Part shown: in pieces, positions 18,136 to 26,512 of the stretch
Position numbering within the stretch: position 1 is the stretch's first letter
How the letters are laid out: the number at the start of each line of letters is the position of its first letter
Program-made: the position numbers and the translations under genes
Sequence record: NC_041973.1
DNA length: 64,000 nt
Direction: 5' to 3' (one strand)
The notes under the pieces: generated by a model
The model's database searches: none
What the model was told of the DNA's origin: nothing
What the model saw: the letters and a program-made list of their open reading frames with translations, nothing else

Positions 18136-18918
18136 ATGGCTATGACGTTCGAAAAAGAAGGGGACACGTTGCACATTGTGCGACTGAGAACCAAAGGCTG
18201 GTACCACATGACGGTAACCAGCGATCCTGATGCGAGTATGGATATCGTTAACACGAACTTACGTCAGGGCACTTTTACTGATCCACTTTTACAACACCAG
18301 TACGACATCTGTAAAAAAGAGATGGGACAAGATCCCAATCCAAATGACATCGTTTTCCACCAGTTCGTGACCACGCCAGACCAGACCGGGTATCAGTCTG
18401 GCCACTGGATGATTCGTGATCACATTCGCCACGGCTATTCACTGAAGTGCCTGACTAACATCGGTGACTGGCTTTCGACCGCAGCCTATCTTTATATCCC
18501 AGACCCTGATGATAAAGAGGGCGGTGATAGAAAATACAAAGTAACTGACTTAGGTAAGTATCTCGACAAGGAAGAGTTGTTGGGTCACTCCGACCACCTG
18601 CCGATGTATTTCTTGCCTGATGAGGAACCGGGTGACAGCTATGATGAGTTGATTGAAACCCATCGTCTTCCGCAACCTGACAAAGGTTACTCTTGTGTGG
18701 CCATCAAGAACGGTATGTCGTTTAGTTTGCTGACGTACAACAACTCCAAGCGGGTGCTTTCAGAAGAGGAAGAACTGCAAACCACAACCGTCCCAGTCAG
18801 GGCAGATGGTTTGCTGTACAGCTCCGTCTTAGAGTTGGCTATGGCTAAGAACGCCCCAGTCTGGTTTGTCTTGGAGATGTTAACTTCCGAAACCGACCCG
18901 AACTGGCATTTCGTCTAA
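18136..18918 (+). CDS. Hypothetical protein with C-terminal HTH-like domain; paralog of 13871..14587
   Basis: TNIGDWL, KVTDLGKYL, ADGLLYSSVLELA...NWHFV. Confidence 0.65.
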   Translation: MAMTFEKEGDTLHIVRLRTKGWYHMTVTSDPDASMDIVNTNLRQGTFTDPLLQHQYDICKKEMGQDPNPNDIVFHQFVTTPDQTGYQSGHWMIRDHIRHGYSLKCLTNIGDWLSTAAYLYIPDPDDKEGGDRKYKVTDLGKYLDKEELLGHSDHLPMYFLPDEEPGDSYDELIETHRLPQPDKGYSCVAIKNGMSFSLLTYNNSKRVLSEEEELQTTTVPVRADGLLYSSVLELAMAKNAPVWFVLEMLTSETDPNWHFV

Positions 18919-19006
18919 CCGAGATTGGCTGTGGGGAATCCTATGCAATTGCAAAGTGTAGAGAGAACCACGGCCAATCGTAAGCTGTATCATAAGGAGA
19001 GAGATT

Positions 19007-20587
19007 GTGAGTGAAGCTAACCAGAACATCGTAGAAAGCTACGACGACCTGCCGAAGAACGCGCAGAAAGGTGATCGCTATACCGTGCGTGAAGACGCGA
19101 TCGTTTACGAACTCCAGGAAGATGGTTCTTGGAAAGACGTAGACATCAACGAACAGGTTGATCAGGAAAACGAAGAGCAGGCGCAGACCGAAGATGGTCA
19201 GCAGTCTGACACCGGCGCAACTGACCAGCCTGCCTCTGATGAAGAGGGCGACGCGGATTCGTCTAAAACGGCAGCTACCGATGAAGAAAACCAGGTAGAT
19301 GACAACGGCGATGACAAGCAGACTCCGGCTGAAGAGAAGCAGGAAGAAGCAGCGCAGGCGGTTGATGAAACCCAGCCACGTGATGACCCTTACGTACGAG
19401 GAGCGAACAGCGATGCCAATCCGGCACAACCTGAAGATGCGAATCAAACGCAAGATCAGACTGACGAAGCAGGACAAACTCCTGATTCTTCTGACGATAC
19501 CAACGCGCAGCAGGAAAGCACTGATGGCGTTGCGACGCAGGATGCGAAAGAGCAGGCTAACATCCCGGAAGGGGTAGATCCTGAAGAAGCGCAACCTGAC
19601 AACCAGCCACTGGCAGTAGCACCGGTTGAGCAGCCCCCTGTCCAGCACGAAGCGGTCGCGGTTGATCCTAACGCTGACCAGCCATCACCTGAAGCGCGTC
19701 CAGACAGCAAGATCGAAGAAGCGGCTGAACTGAACGCACAGAAAGAAGATGCGGCTCGTGACGAGATCGCTGAAGCCGGTGCTGATGCACAAGCTGCGAC
19801 CTCTGCTGAGCAGACTGACGCTGGCAAAGCCAAAGAAGACGCACAGGCTGAAGGCCAGTTGCCGAACGATGGTGCTGCTGATGATGTCGCCGCTGGTAAA
19901 CCACGTAATGACCAGACCTACACCGAAGATCAGAAAGCGGCGAACACGCCAGCTCCTGAAATCGTGCAGGCTCAGGAAAACCATACGTCAGAGCCTGATC
20001 CGGTAGTTAGCCAGGAAGAGACCCATGTGCAGAACGCCACGGACCCTGACCAGCCGACTATCATCCCGCAGGAAGCGAAGTCTGAATCACTGGCGCATCA
20101 AGCTGCCGATCCAACGCAGGAAACTGTGTTTGTTAAGCAGGATGAAAACCTGGACCCGGAAGTGCGTGTGCTGCAACAGCGCATCGAAGAGTACATCAGC
20201 AACATGGGTGTGAACGGTAAGCACGATCGCCGTGACGGTCCGAAGTATCAGGCTCGCCTGTACAAAGACCTGCACTCCATCATGGCGCTGGAGCCAGTGA
20301 AGTTCAAGCAAGTGATGGACTACCTGCTGAACCGTGTGTATGAAGAACGTGCCGGTGCTTTCTCTGACACCTATACGCGCCGTTACTTCGATCAGCTGTC
20401 ACCGATGCACATGCAGACCGATCGCGTGCGTGAGTTTGACAACATCCTGTCGCTGGTAACCACTGTGGGTCATTCCAAAAACCGCAGTCGTGCCCTGCAG
20501 CAGGTTGATCTGCAGCGCGCCCTGAAGAACATTCAGGATGCCGGGAAGCAGCAGCGTATGGCAGCGTACTTTGATGCTCTGCGTTAA
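19007..20587 (+). CDS. Acidic low-complexity protein with helical C-terminal domain (between the gp80-like and gp82-like genes)
   Basis: AAGGAG RBS with GTG start; about 330 aa D/E/Q/A/P-rich linker; highly biased codon usage. Confidence 0.75.
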   Translation: MSEANQNIVESYDDLPKNAQKGDRYTVREDAIVYELQEDGSWKDVDINEQVDQENEEQAQTEDGQQSDTGATDQPASDEEGDADSSKTAATDEENQVDDNGDDKQTPAEEKQEEAAQAVDETQPRDDPYVRGANSDANPAQPEDANQTQDQTDEAGQTPDSSDDTNAQQESTDGVATQDAKEQANIPEGVDPEEAQPDNQPLAVAPVEQPPVQHEAVAVDPNADQPSPEARPDSKIEEAAELNAQKEDAARDEIAEAGADAQAATSAEQTDAGKAKEDAQAEGQLPNDGAADDVAAGKPRNDQTYTEDQKAANTPAPEIVQAQENHTSEPDPVVSQEETHVQNATDPDQPTIIPQEAKSESLAHQAADPTQETVFVKQDENLDPEVRVLQQRIEEYISNMGVNGKHDRRDGPKYQARLYKDLHSIMALEPVKFKQVMDYLLNRVYEERAGAFSDTYTRRYFDQLSPMHMQTDRVREFDNILSLVTTVGHSKNRSRALQQVDLQRALKNIQDAGKQQRMAAYFDALR

Positions 20588-20602
20588 TTGATCATTTGAT
20601 CA

Positions 20603-20653
20603 GCATAAGGAGAGGCCTCGCGCCTCTCCTGTTTATGCCGTCTTTTTTTTTTT
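20603..20653. terminator. Bidirectional hairpin GCATAA...TTATGCCG plus T-run
   Basis: GGAGAGGC-CTCGC-GCCTCTCC between convergent genes. Confidence 0.8.
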
Positions 20654-21155
20654 ACACTAAAATGCCGTTAAAGGCCACCGGGTCATTAGCCAGGAATGGA
20701 TTGTACCGAACCACGGACCCTAATGTGTAATCGTAATAGATGAAATCCAAGCATTGCGCACCCTGGTAGGTAGTCCATGACTTTGATAGATAACCATTGC
20801 GATCTAACGCAACGTAAGCTGGGCGGCTTGACAACGGAGTAAACTTCATCAACACTTGTGGCTGGTTGTTGAGGTTGTTTGTAAATACAGGCAGGGAAGG
20901 ATGCGCATGCCTTGCAATGGAGCACAACCAAGAGTCGTAGGTAAACCACTCTTTATACGGCGTGCCGTACATGTTGTTGGATGTGTTCAATGTAGTATTA
21001 ACATATTTACCGGCATTGGCGGACATGCTGGTACTCGCGTTCGCTACCTTCGTATATTTGGCGGCATTGGCCGCAAGCCACGCCTCGAATTGTGCATAGG
21101 TCATCTTAGTACCTATCTGTGGCTGTGACTTACTGCCCATTAACATCTCTAACAT
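20652..21155 (-). CDS. MLExLM-family putative virion/fibre-associated protein
   Basis: AGGAG RBS; clear paralog of 21168..21677. Confidence 0.7.
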   Translation of the reverse strand: MLEMLMGSKSQPQIGTKMTYAQFEAWLAANAAKYTKVANASTSMSANAGKYVNTTLNTSNNMYGTPYKEWFTYDSWLCSIARHAHPSLPVFTNNLNNQPQVLMKFTPLSSRPAYVALDRNGYLSKSWTTYQGAQCLDFIYYDYTLGSVVRYNPFLANDPVAFNGILV

Positions 21156-21167
21156 GGTAACTCCTGA

Positions 21168-21677
21168 TTAGATCAACACCCCGTTAAACGGTACCGGTGT
21201 GCCGCCATTTAACGGAGTCCACCGCATCACAACACCCTGGGTATTGTCGTAGTAAATAAAGTCAAGCACAGTACGCCCATTAAATGATCCGTAAGACAAG
21301 CTGGTGTAACCGTTACGATTGAGGCCTGAATAGGCACTTTTGGTAACATAAGGTCCAAGCTTCATTAAACAAAACTGTTTATTCGCCAACATGTAATCAA
21401 ACATCGTTTGTGCCGGACACGCATGTCGTGCGATCCTTGCCCAAGTTGAATCGTGAGTACAGGAGTTTAAATAGGGAGTACCCCACATGTTACCGCCATC
21501 AGCCGTCATGGAGATCCTGGCATAGCCGTTCGTAAACGTGGTGGACGACGGAGTGCCTGTATTCGACGCTGCACTGACCGCACTGTACTTAGTGGTATTG
21601 GTATTTAACCAAGTAACAAAATCCGCATAGCTCATCTTTACAGTTTTCTTGCCAGCGTACATTAATAACTCGAGCAT
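21168..21677 (-). CDS. MLExLM-family putative virion/fibre-associated protein
   Basis: GAGGTGGAG RBS; shares GTPY, IARHA, RNGY, LDFIYYD and FNG.L with its neighbour. Confidence 0.7.
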   Translation of the reverse strand: MLELLMYAGKKTVKMSYADFVTWLNTNTTKYSAVSAASNTGTPSSTTFTNGYARISMTADGGNMWGTPYLNSCTHDSTWARIARHACPAQTMFDYMLANKQFCLMKLGPYVTKSAYSGLNRNGYTSLSYGSFNGRTVLDFIYYDNTQGVVMRWTPLNGGTPVPFNGVLI

Positions 21678-21748
21678 AACTCCACCTCAAAATAAAATCC
21701 CGTTAGCAAGGGTTCTGGTTCTCTAATACATGACTTATAGGATTTAGC

Positions 21749-21778
21749 CGGCATAACGGAGCAGGCAACGCCTACTCC
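21749..21778 (-). terminator. Hairpin-TTATGCCG element
   Basis: Minus strand GGAGTAGGC-GTT-GCCTGCTCC + GTTATGCCG. Confidence 0.65.
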
Positions 21779-21818
21779 TGAATCCTGGTGTGAATAACGG
21801 TTGGTCGATTGGGGTATT

Positions 21819-22796
21819 TTAACCCGCTGTAGTTTGATCTGGGTAACCTCGACCTGTCCCCCAGACAATACGAACAATACCATCAGCACCACTACCTAAG
21901 AAACTGGTGCCGTCACTCTTGTACTGACTTGCCCCGCCGCCTCCTGCACCCCCGCCTGGAATCGCGGTAGGTATCCCCGCCCCTGATCCTGGCATATCCT
22001 TGATACGTCCTGTCGATTTAATTCCCCCACCACCTCGACCAGTATAGATCTTGGTAGTGCCTTGGGTCGTCAGGGTAACATTCCCACCATAACCCGCTCC
22101 CGTATCCGCAGGGTTAGTGGGGGTTGCGCCATAAGCACATCCTGCGCCGCCATCGCCCATGTAACCGCCTGCACCGCCACCGCCGACCGCACGTGTCGTT
22201 AATGACCCGGTGCCACCCTTTCCACCTGTACCACCCCCAACAATAGGTTTGGTAGCAGGGTTCTGGATAGGGTTGTTCGCGATCCCGGCTAACACACCGC
22301 CGACGACATTTAACAGCCCGCCGACCAAACCGCCTACTAATCCCCCTACTATATCCACCAATACCAGATCCAGGAGATTACCGGAAAGTCCATTCGACTG
22401 CGGCATGACGGTAACTGCCGTGTTACCGGATGCGTCCTCCCCGCCACCCACTGCTTTTAACAGATAGGTGCCATTACGCGCTATCCCGGAGAAAGACCCT
22501 TTATTCGCCGTGAAGGCGGTTTTAACGGGTGTTGGTGTACCAATCCCACCTTGCCCTACCACAACCGTCATCTTCTCACCAGGAGTCACAGGGATCGCAT
22601 TACGATAACGTAACGTCCCGCCATTCCCGCCGGTGTGTACAAGGGTAGTGCTACTGGCTGATTGCCCACCCCCTACTGCGACGGCACTCATGCTCGTTGC
22701 CCCTTCTGGCACAATCAGTTCGTACACCCCCGCCTTTGTGAAGAGCGTCTCTAGGGGTAACTTAATGTGTGTCTTGTTTAACAATAACCCAATCAT
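21819..22796 (-). CDS. Glycine-rich-domain protein (tail-fibre/receptor-binding type)
   Basis: FTKAGVYELIVPEGATSMSAVAVGGG and repeated GGGGAGG turns ending GADGIVRIVW. Confidence 0.7.
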   Translation of the reverse strand: MIGLLLNKTHIKLPLETLFTKAGVYELIVPEGATSMSAVAVGGGQSASSTTLVHTGGNGGTLRYRNAIPVTPGEKMTVVVGQGGIGTPTPVKTAFTANKGSFSGIARNGTYLLKAVGGGEDASGNTAVTVMPQSNGLSGNLLDLVLVDIVGGLVGGLVGGLLNVVGGVLAGIANNPIQNPATKPIVGGGTGGKGGTGSLTTRAVGGGGAGGYMGDGGAGCAYGATPTNPADTGAGYGGNVTLTTQGTTKIYTGRGGGGIKSTGRIKDMPGSGAGIPTAIPGGGAGGGGASQYKSDGTSFLGSGADGIVRIVWGTGRGYPDQTTAG

Positions 22797-22853
22797 GCAT
22801 CATCCTTCTAGAATGAGTACCTTGACGACCTACTCGCGTCATAGCATTCCAGC

Positions 22854-22897
22854 CGGCATAAGGGAGTGGATACCCTGACCGTAGCCAAGGTATCCAC
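22854..22897 (-). terminator. Hairpin-TTATGCCG element downstream of the DNA polymerase gene
   Basis: GTGGATACC...GGTATCCAC stem, then CTTATGCCG on the minus strand. Confidence 0.6.
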
Positions 22898-22905
22898 GTG
22901 GTGCG

Positions 22906-24627
22906 TCAAGCCGCAGCCATGAAATCGATCTCGATGTGTTTTTCTACCATAAAGTCTTTCAGTAACGTAATGGTCTCAGGTGCTTTGTACAACTTACGTG
23001 CAAGTTCACCGGCATTGTTCATACCACCGGCTGCCAGGTTTACTGCTACCTGACGATACTCCGTATCATCCAATCCTTCGATCTGGGTCATCTCAATCCA
23101 GGTGGTTTGTTTCCCCACATTCATGATGACCGTACCGGTCGGGTATGCTCCTTCTACGTCGATGTCGTTCGTACCTGTTCGCACATAGGACTTGACATTC
23201 GGCAGTTCTTTAAACATCGCTTTGCCGTTTAAAGCAACCAGCTCTGTTGGCAGCATGACGATCCAGCCACCCAGCCCCTGAATGTGATCATCCAGTTCGG
23301 TACGCATCTGATCTGATGTAGTACCCCAGATATACCCTTCTTTCATTACATCGTAATGCATCGCCTCAGCGATACGTGTCGGCTGCGATATAAAGTTACG
23401 GTAGTCTGACACCCCGCAGAACGTTGGAACCGCTACAGAGAGATCTGAGGTCTTCTCGTCCATCATTTCAACCACGATGCAGTCGAAGATGTTATACATC
23501 ACATATTCGTACTTGTAGTTGCTCTGCATGAACTCATGCCAGTCTGCCCCGTGGTACCCTTCAGCTTCACTGAACTTCATCTTGGTCACACCGAGTACTT
23601 TCTCTGCGATGTTATCCAGTTTGTAGTTCAGCTCTTTACCGTTCATGGTACGCAGGTAGTAATAGGCTGACATCGATTCAGCCCAACGGAACGACGCAGG
23701 GGCATTGACGTAAGGCCACTTCTCATAGTTAGCTAATGATGTCTTGGTGACTTCTTTGCCATCATTTTTTACTTTGTGGGTTTTGCCCTCGTAGTAATAA
23801 ACGTTACGGTACTCTTGGGGTACCGAGGGATCGCAAATAACGTCAGCAGGGTTGATGCCGGCATTAGTTAATGTTTGGGTGAGAACCTTGTAGTCGAACT
23901 CGAGCACGTTCCAGCCAGTGATGAAATCGGGCATCCACTCATGGGCGCGTTCAAACAGTTTGACAAAGCCATCTGCAGCACTGTCAACCAACACGAACTC
24001 TGGGTTGGTGATGCTGCGTTTGGTTGCCCACTCGCCCAGGTATTTATCCCAGGCCAGTTTCAGCTTCTGATGAATACGTTCATCCGCTTCCCCGCCAAAG
24101 TAGCGACGGATCACAAAGGTAAAGGTGCGTTCTTTAAAGGTTAAGGATGCCATGATCGGCTCACCCTTATACCGCTCGTCTACCATTTCGGTTTCGATAT
24201 CGAACACACTGATTTTGTACGGAGTAAAGGTATCAGGAAACTTCGCTTCGTACATCGCTTTGACAATCGAGGAGGGTTCGATGTCAGCGCCATACACGTA
24301 CGGACTGCGACATACCCGACGCAGTTGCTGATCGGTGGCACCTTTTCCCAACATCTTTGAGATGTGGTTAGGAAGATCCCACTGCGGGCAACTGAACTTC
24401 TGCAGCTTGGACAGCTCTTCGTAATCTTTCTTATCCTGGTGATTGCGGTACGCCGGTTTGGTGAGGTAGTAATCACGCTTCATGTCTTTGATGATGCGGG
24501 TGTGGGGTTTGCTGTTCCCGTTCTCGTCAATCACATTCTCTTTCACGAAGATGATGTCTGATTTGCCGCGCAGAGAAAGGGTATAGATCGCGTGCTTGCA
24601 TTCGAAACGAAGGTTATTGCTGCTCAT
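22906..24627 (-). CDS. Family B DNA polymerase, split: 3'-5' exonuclease plus motif A subunit (phiKZ gp82-like)
   Basis: ExoI FDIETE, ExoII GWNVLEFD, ExoIII YNIFDC, pol motif A DIDVEGAYPT; motifs B and C absent. Confidence 0.9.
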   Translation of the reverse strand: MSSNNLRFECKHAIYTLSLRGKSDIIFVKENVIDENGNSKPHTRIIKDMKRDYYLTKPAYRNHQDKKDYEELSKLQKFSCPQWDLPNHISKMLGKGATDQQLRRVCRSPYVYGADIEPSSIVKAMYEAKFPDTFTPYKISVFDIETEMVDERYKGEPIMASLTFKERTFTFVIRRYFGGEADERIHQKLKLAWDKYLGEWATKRSITNPEFVLVDSAADGFVKLFERAHEWMPDFITGWNVLEFDYKVLTQTLTNAGINPADVICDPSVPQEYRNVYYYEGKTHKVKNDGKEVTKTSLANYEKWPYVNAPASFRWAESMSAYYYLRTMNGKELNYKLDNIAEKVLGVTKMKFSEAEGYHGADWHEFMQSNYKYEYVMYNIFDCIVVEMMDEKTSDLSVAVPTFCGVSDYRNFISQPTRIAEAMHYDVMKEGYIWGTTSDQMRTELDDHIQGLGGWIVMLPTELVALNGKAMFKELPNVKSYVRTGTNDIDVEGAYPTGTVIMNVGKQTTWIEMTQIEGLDDTEYRQVAVNLAAGGMNNAGELARKLYKAPETITLLKDFMVEKHIEIDFMAAA

Positions 24628-24727
24628 GATGAATGATAATCCTATGTCAAAACACTACAAAGTGCACCAGTGTTTAATACGCGTTATAACATCAGGCGTG
24701 CAACTACATTTATACAAAGGAGATCAC

Positions 24728-25990
24728 ATGATCCTATCTAGCGGTCTGGAAGCGATTAGCTTTCAAAAGAATCCGCTCTTTTACAAACAGCTGGTTGTCG
24801 AATTCGGCCGTCTGATGGAACTTGCTAAAGCCAATGGTAAGAAGCGCTTGACCGAAGAGATGATGGCGCAGTCTAACCTGGCAAAAATCACCATGGCGAA
24901 CACCGGCATCAAAGTCTCGCCTGGGGTGGATACCCGCATGCAGTGTAATGCGTACGTTATGATTCCGAGCATCAACTCCTATCACGTCTTCAATGACCGC
25001 ATGCGTCAGATCTTCTCAGGGTATGCCGAATCGTTTGAGCAGTTTCGTAAAGCCAACGATGTGTTGATTGGGTTGGTTGATCTGCAGAACTCCAAAGTGG
25101 GCGGGGTCTTCTCGACTATTGATCACCGCATCTGTCTGTCGTACGATATGATGACCGACTATGACATGACCCCGGGTGAAGTCGCAGCCATTTACATGCA
25201 TGAAGTCGGCCATGCCTTTACCTTCCTGGAGATGCTGCATTATACCGCTACCACCAACCTGGTGCTGACCGCTGGCATTGAAGCGATCATCAAATCAGAA
25301 ACTTCTCGTAAGCATGTCATCTTAAGTGATATCGAAAACTCCTTAGGGATTAAGATTGATAATAAAGATGAACTGGTCGCTTACGACAAGTATGAAGATT
25401 ATGCTGTCACGATCCTGTCGAAGTACAATCGCACCTTAGCTGCGGCCCTGGGTTCACCGGCACACGATGAATCGATGTCTGAGCAGATGGCAGATATGTT
25501 TGCCACCCGACATGGCGCGGGATTGGATCTGGCGCGGGGATTGTCCCGTATTCACAAATATTACAATTCACCGAAGTTTAAGTTTGCCCGCTATCTGGAG
25601 ATCTTTGTCGGCATCCTGCAGACCATGGGCTTGTCCCTGGTGTTCGATGTGTTGGGAGTAATCGTTGTCCTGACTGTCGGTAACTTCTTTGGTGGGACGT
25701 ATGACCGGGCGAAAGACCGTTTCATCCGCATGCGTAACGAAATCGTGGTCGGCCTGAAAGATGAAGAGATCAGTGCAGCTGACCGCAAACTCTTGATCAG
25801 TCATATCGCCGAGCTGGACAAGATCATTGCCCAGGCCAAAAACGAAAGCTCCTTTGTCGAGCAGTTGTCTCTGGTGGTGCGCGCCAGCCAGCGTGAGCGT
25901 TATGCCAGCAAGTACCTGCAAAAGGATCTTGAAGCCCTTCTTAATAATCCGCTCTATGTCAGTGCGGCCAAACTGAAAACATTGCAATAA
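24728..25990 (+). CDS. Processed head protein with M48-like zinc-metallopeptidase motifs
   Basis: AAGGAG RBS at ATG 24728; SGLE|A near the N-terminus; HEVGH plus EQMADMFA; hydrophobic segment near the C-terminus. Confidence 0.65.
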   Translation: MILSSGLEAISFQKNPLFYKQLVVEFGRLMELAKANGKKRLTEEMMAQSNLAKITMANTGIKVSPGVDTRMQCNAYVMIPSINSYHVFNDRMRQIFSGYAESFEQFRKANDVLIGLVDLQNSKVGGVFSTIDHRICLSYDMMTDYDMTPGEVAAIYMHEVGHAFTFLEMLHYTATTNLVLTAGIEAIIKSETSRKHVILSDIENSLGIKIDNKDELVAYDKYEDYAVTILSKYNRTLAAALGSPAHDESMSEQMADMFATRHGAGLDLARGLSRIHKYYNSPKFKFARYLEIFVGILQTMGLSLVFDVLGVIVVLTVGNFFGGTYDRAKDRFIRMRNEIVVGLKDEEISAADRKLLISHIAELDKIIAQAKNESSFVEQLSLVVRASQRERYASKYLQKDLEALLNNPLYVSAAKLKTLQ

Positions 25991-26003
25991 GGATTCATCA
26001 GAA

Positions 26004-26510
26004 ATGATTATTGACGTAGCAGAATTAAAGAAACAGATCGTGTCGGTGCGTTCTATTGCAGAGATCCCAACTACCCTGCGTACTAAACTGATTGAAACCG
26101 GTCTGGCCCGTGCGGTAGCTTATGGTGTTGATCTGCCAAAAGAGCTGGTCGGCAACCCGGTCTCCTATTTCGCCAGCAACGCCACTGATGCTAAGCAGGC
26201 ACTGGCGGTGATCAACGAAACCAACGTGATCAACATCTCCCGTATCCTGTCACTCGCCACCATCATCTGGCAGGCACGCTACAACATGGTTTATCTGCCC
26301 GCCACTCGCGAGTCCATGGAGTTGACCCATCAGGTATTGTCCGATCAACGCGAATGGTTGTTCGATGCAGAGCAGCAGGATTTCCTGTCGGCGACCATTG
26401 GCGACGGTACGGTGCAAGACAGCCTGAAGCTGGCTCTGTTAACCTTCACCTGCCCGGCTGTGATCAACCCTAACCAGGTAGCACCAGTCACCACCGCTGA
26501 CGAGGAGTAA
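26004..26510 (+). CDS. Head/minor capsid protein (phiKZ gp85 position)
   Basis: Synteny; AAGGA RBS. Confidence 0.55.
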   Translation: MIIDVAELKKQIVSVRSIAEIPTTLRTKLIETGLARAVAYGVDLPKELVGNPVSYFASNATDAKQALAVINETNVINISRILSLATIIWQARYNMVYLPATRESMELTHQVLSDQREWLFDAEQQDFLSATIGDGTVQDSLKLALLTFTCPAVINPNQVAPVTTADEE

Positions 26511-26512
26511 TC

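Noticed and set aside
18941-19648. 235-aa hydrophobic/Arg-rich minus-strand ORF
   Set aside because: Antisense to the acidic 19007..20587 gene; composition is explained by complementing its GAx/CAx codons
21662-21892. 76-aa minus-strand ORF bridging two cassette genes
   Set aside because: Overlaps the end of the Gly-rich gene and runs through a terminator hairpin; no RBS
24596-24727. Upstream extension of the 24596 ORF; similar extensions at 705, 7984, 15335, 35376, 50691, 54030 and 60019
   Set aside because: They overlap terminators, promoters or opposite genes; downstream ATGs have clear RBSs
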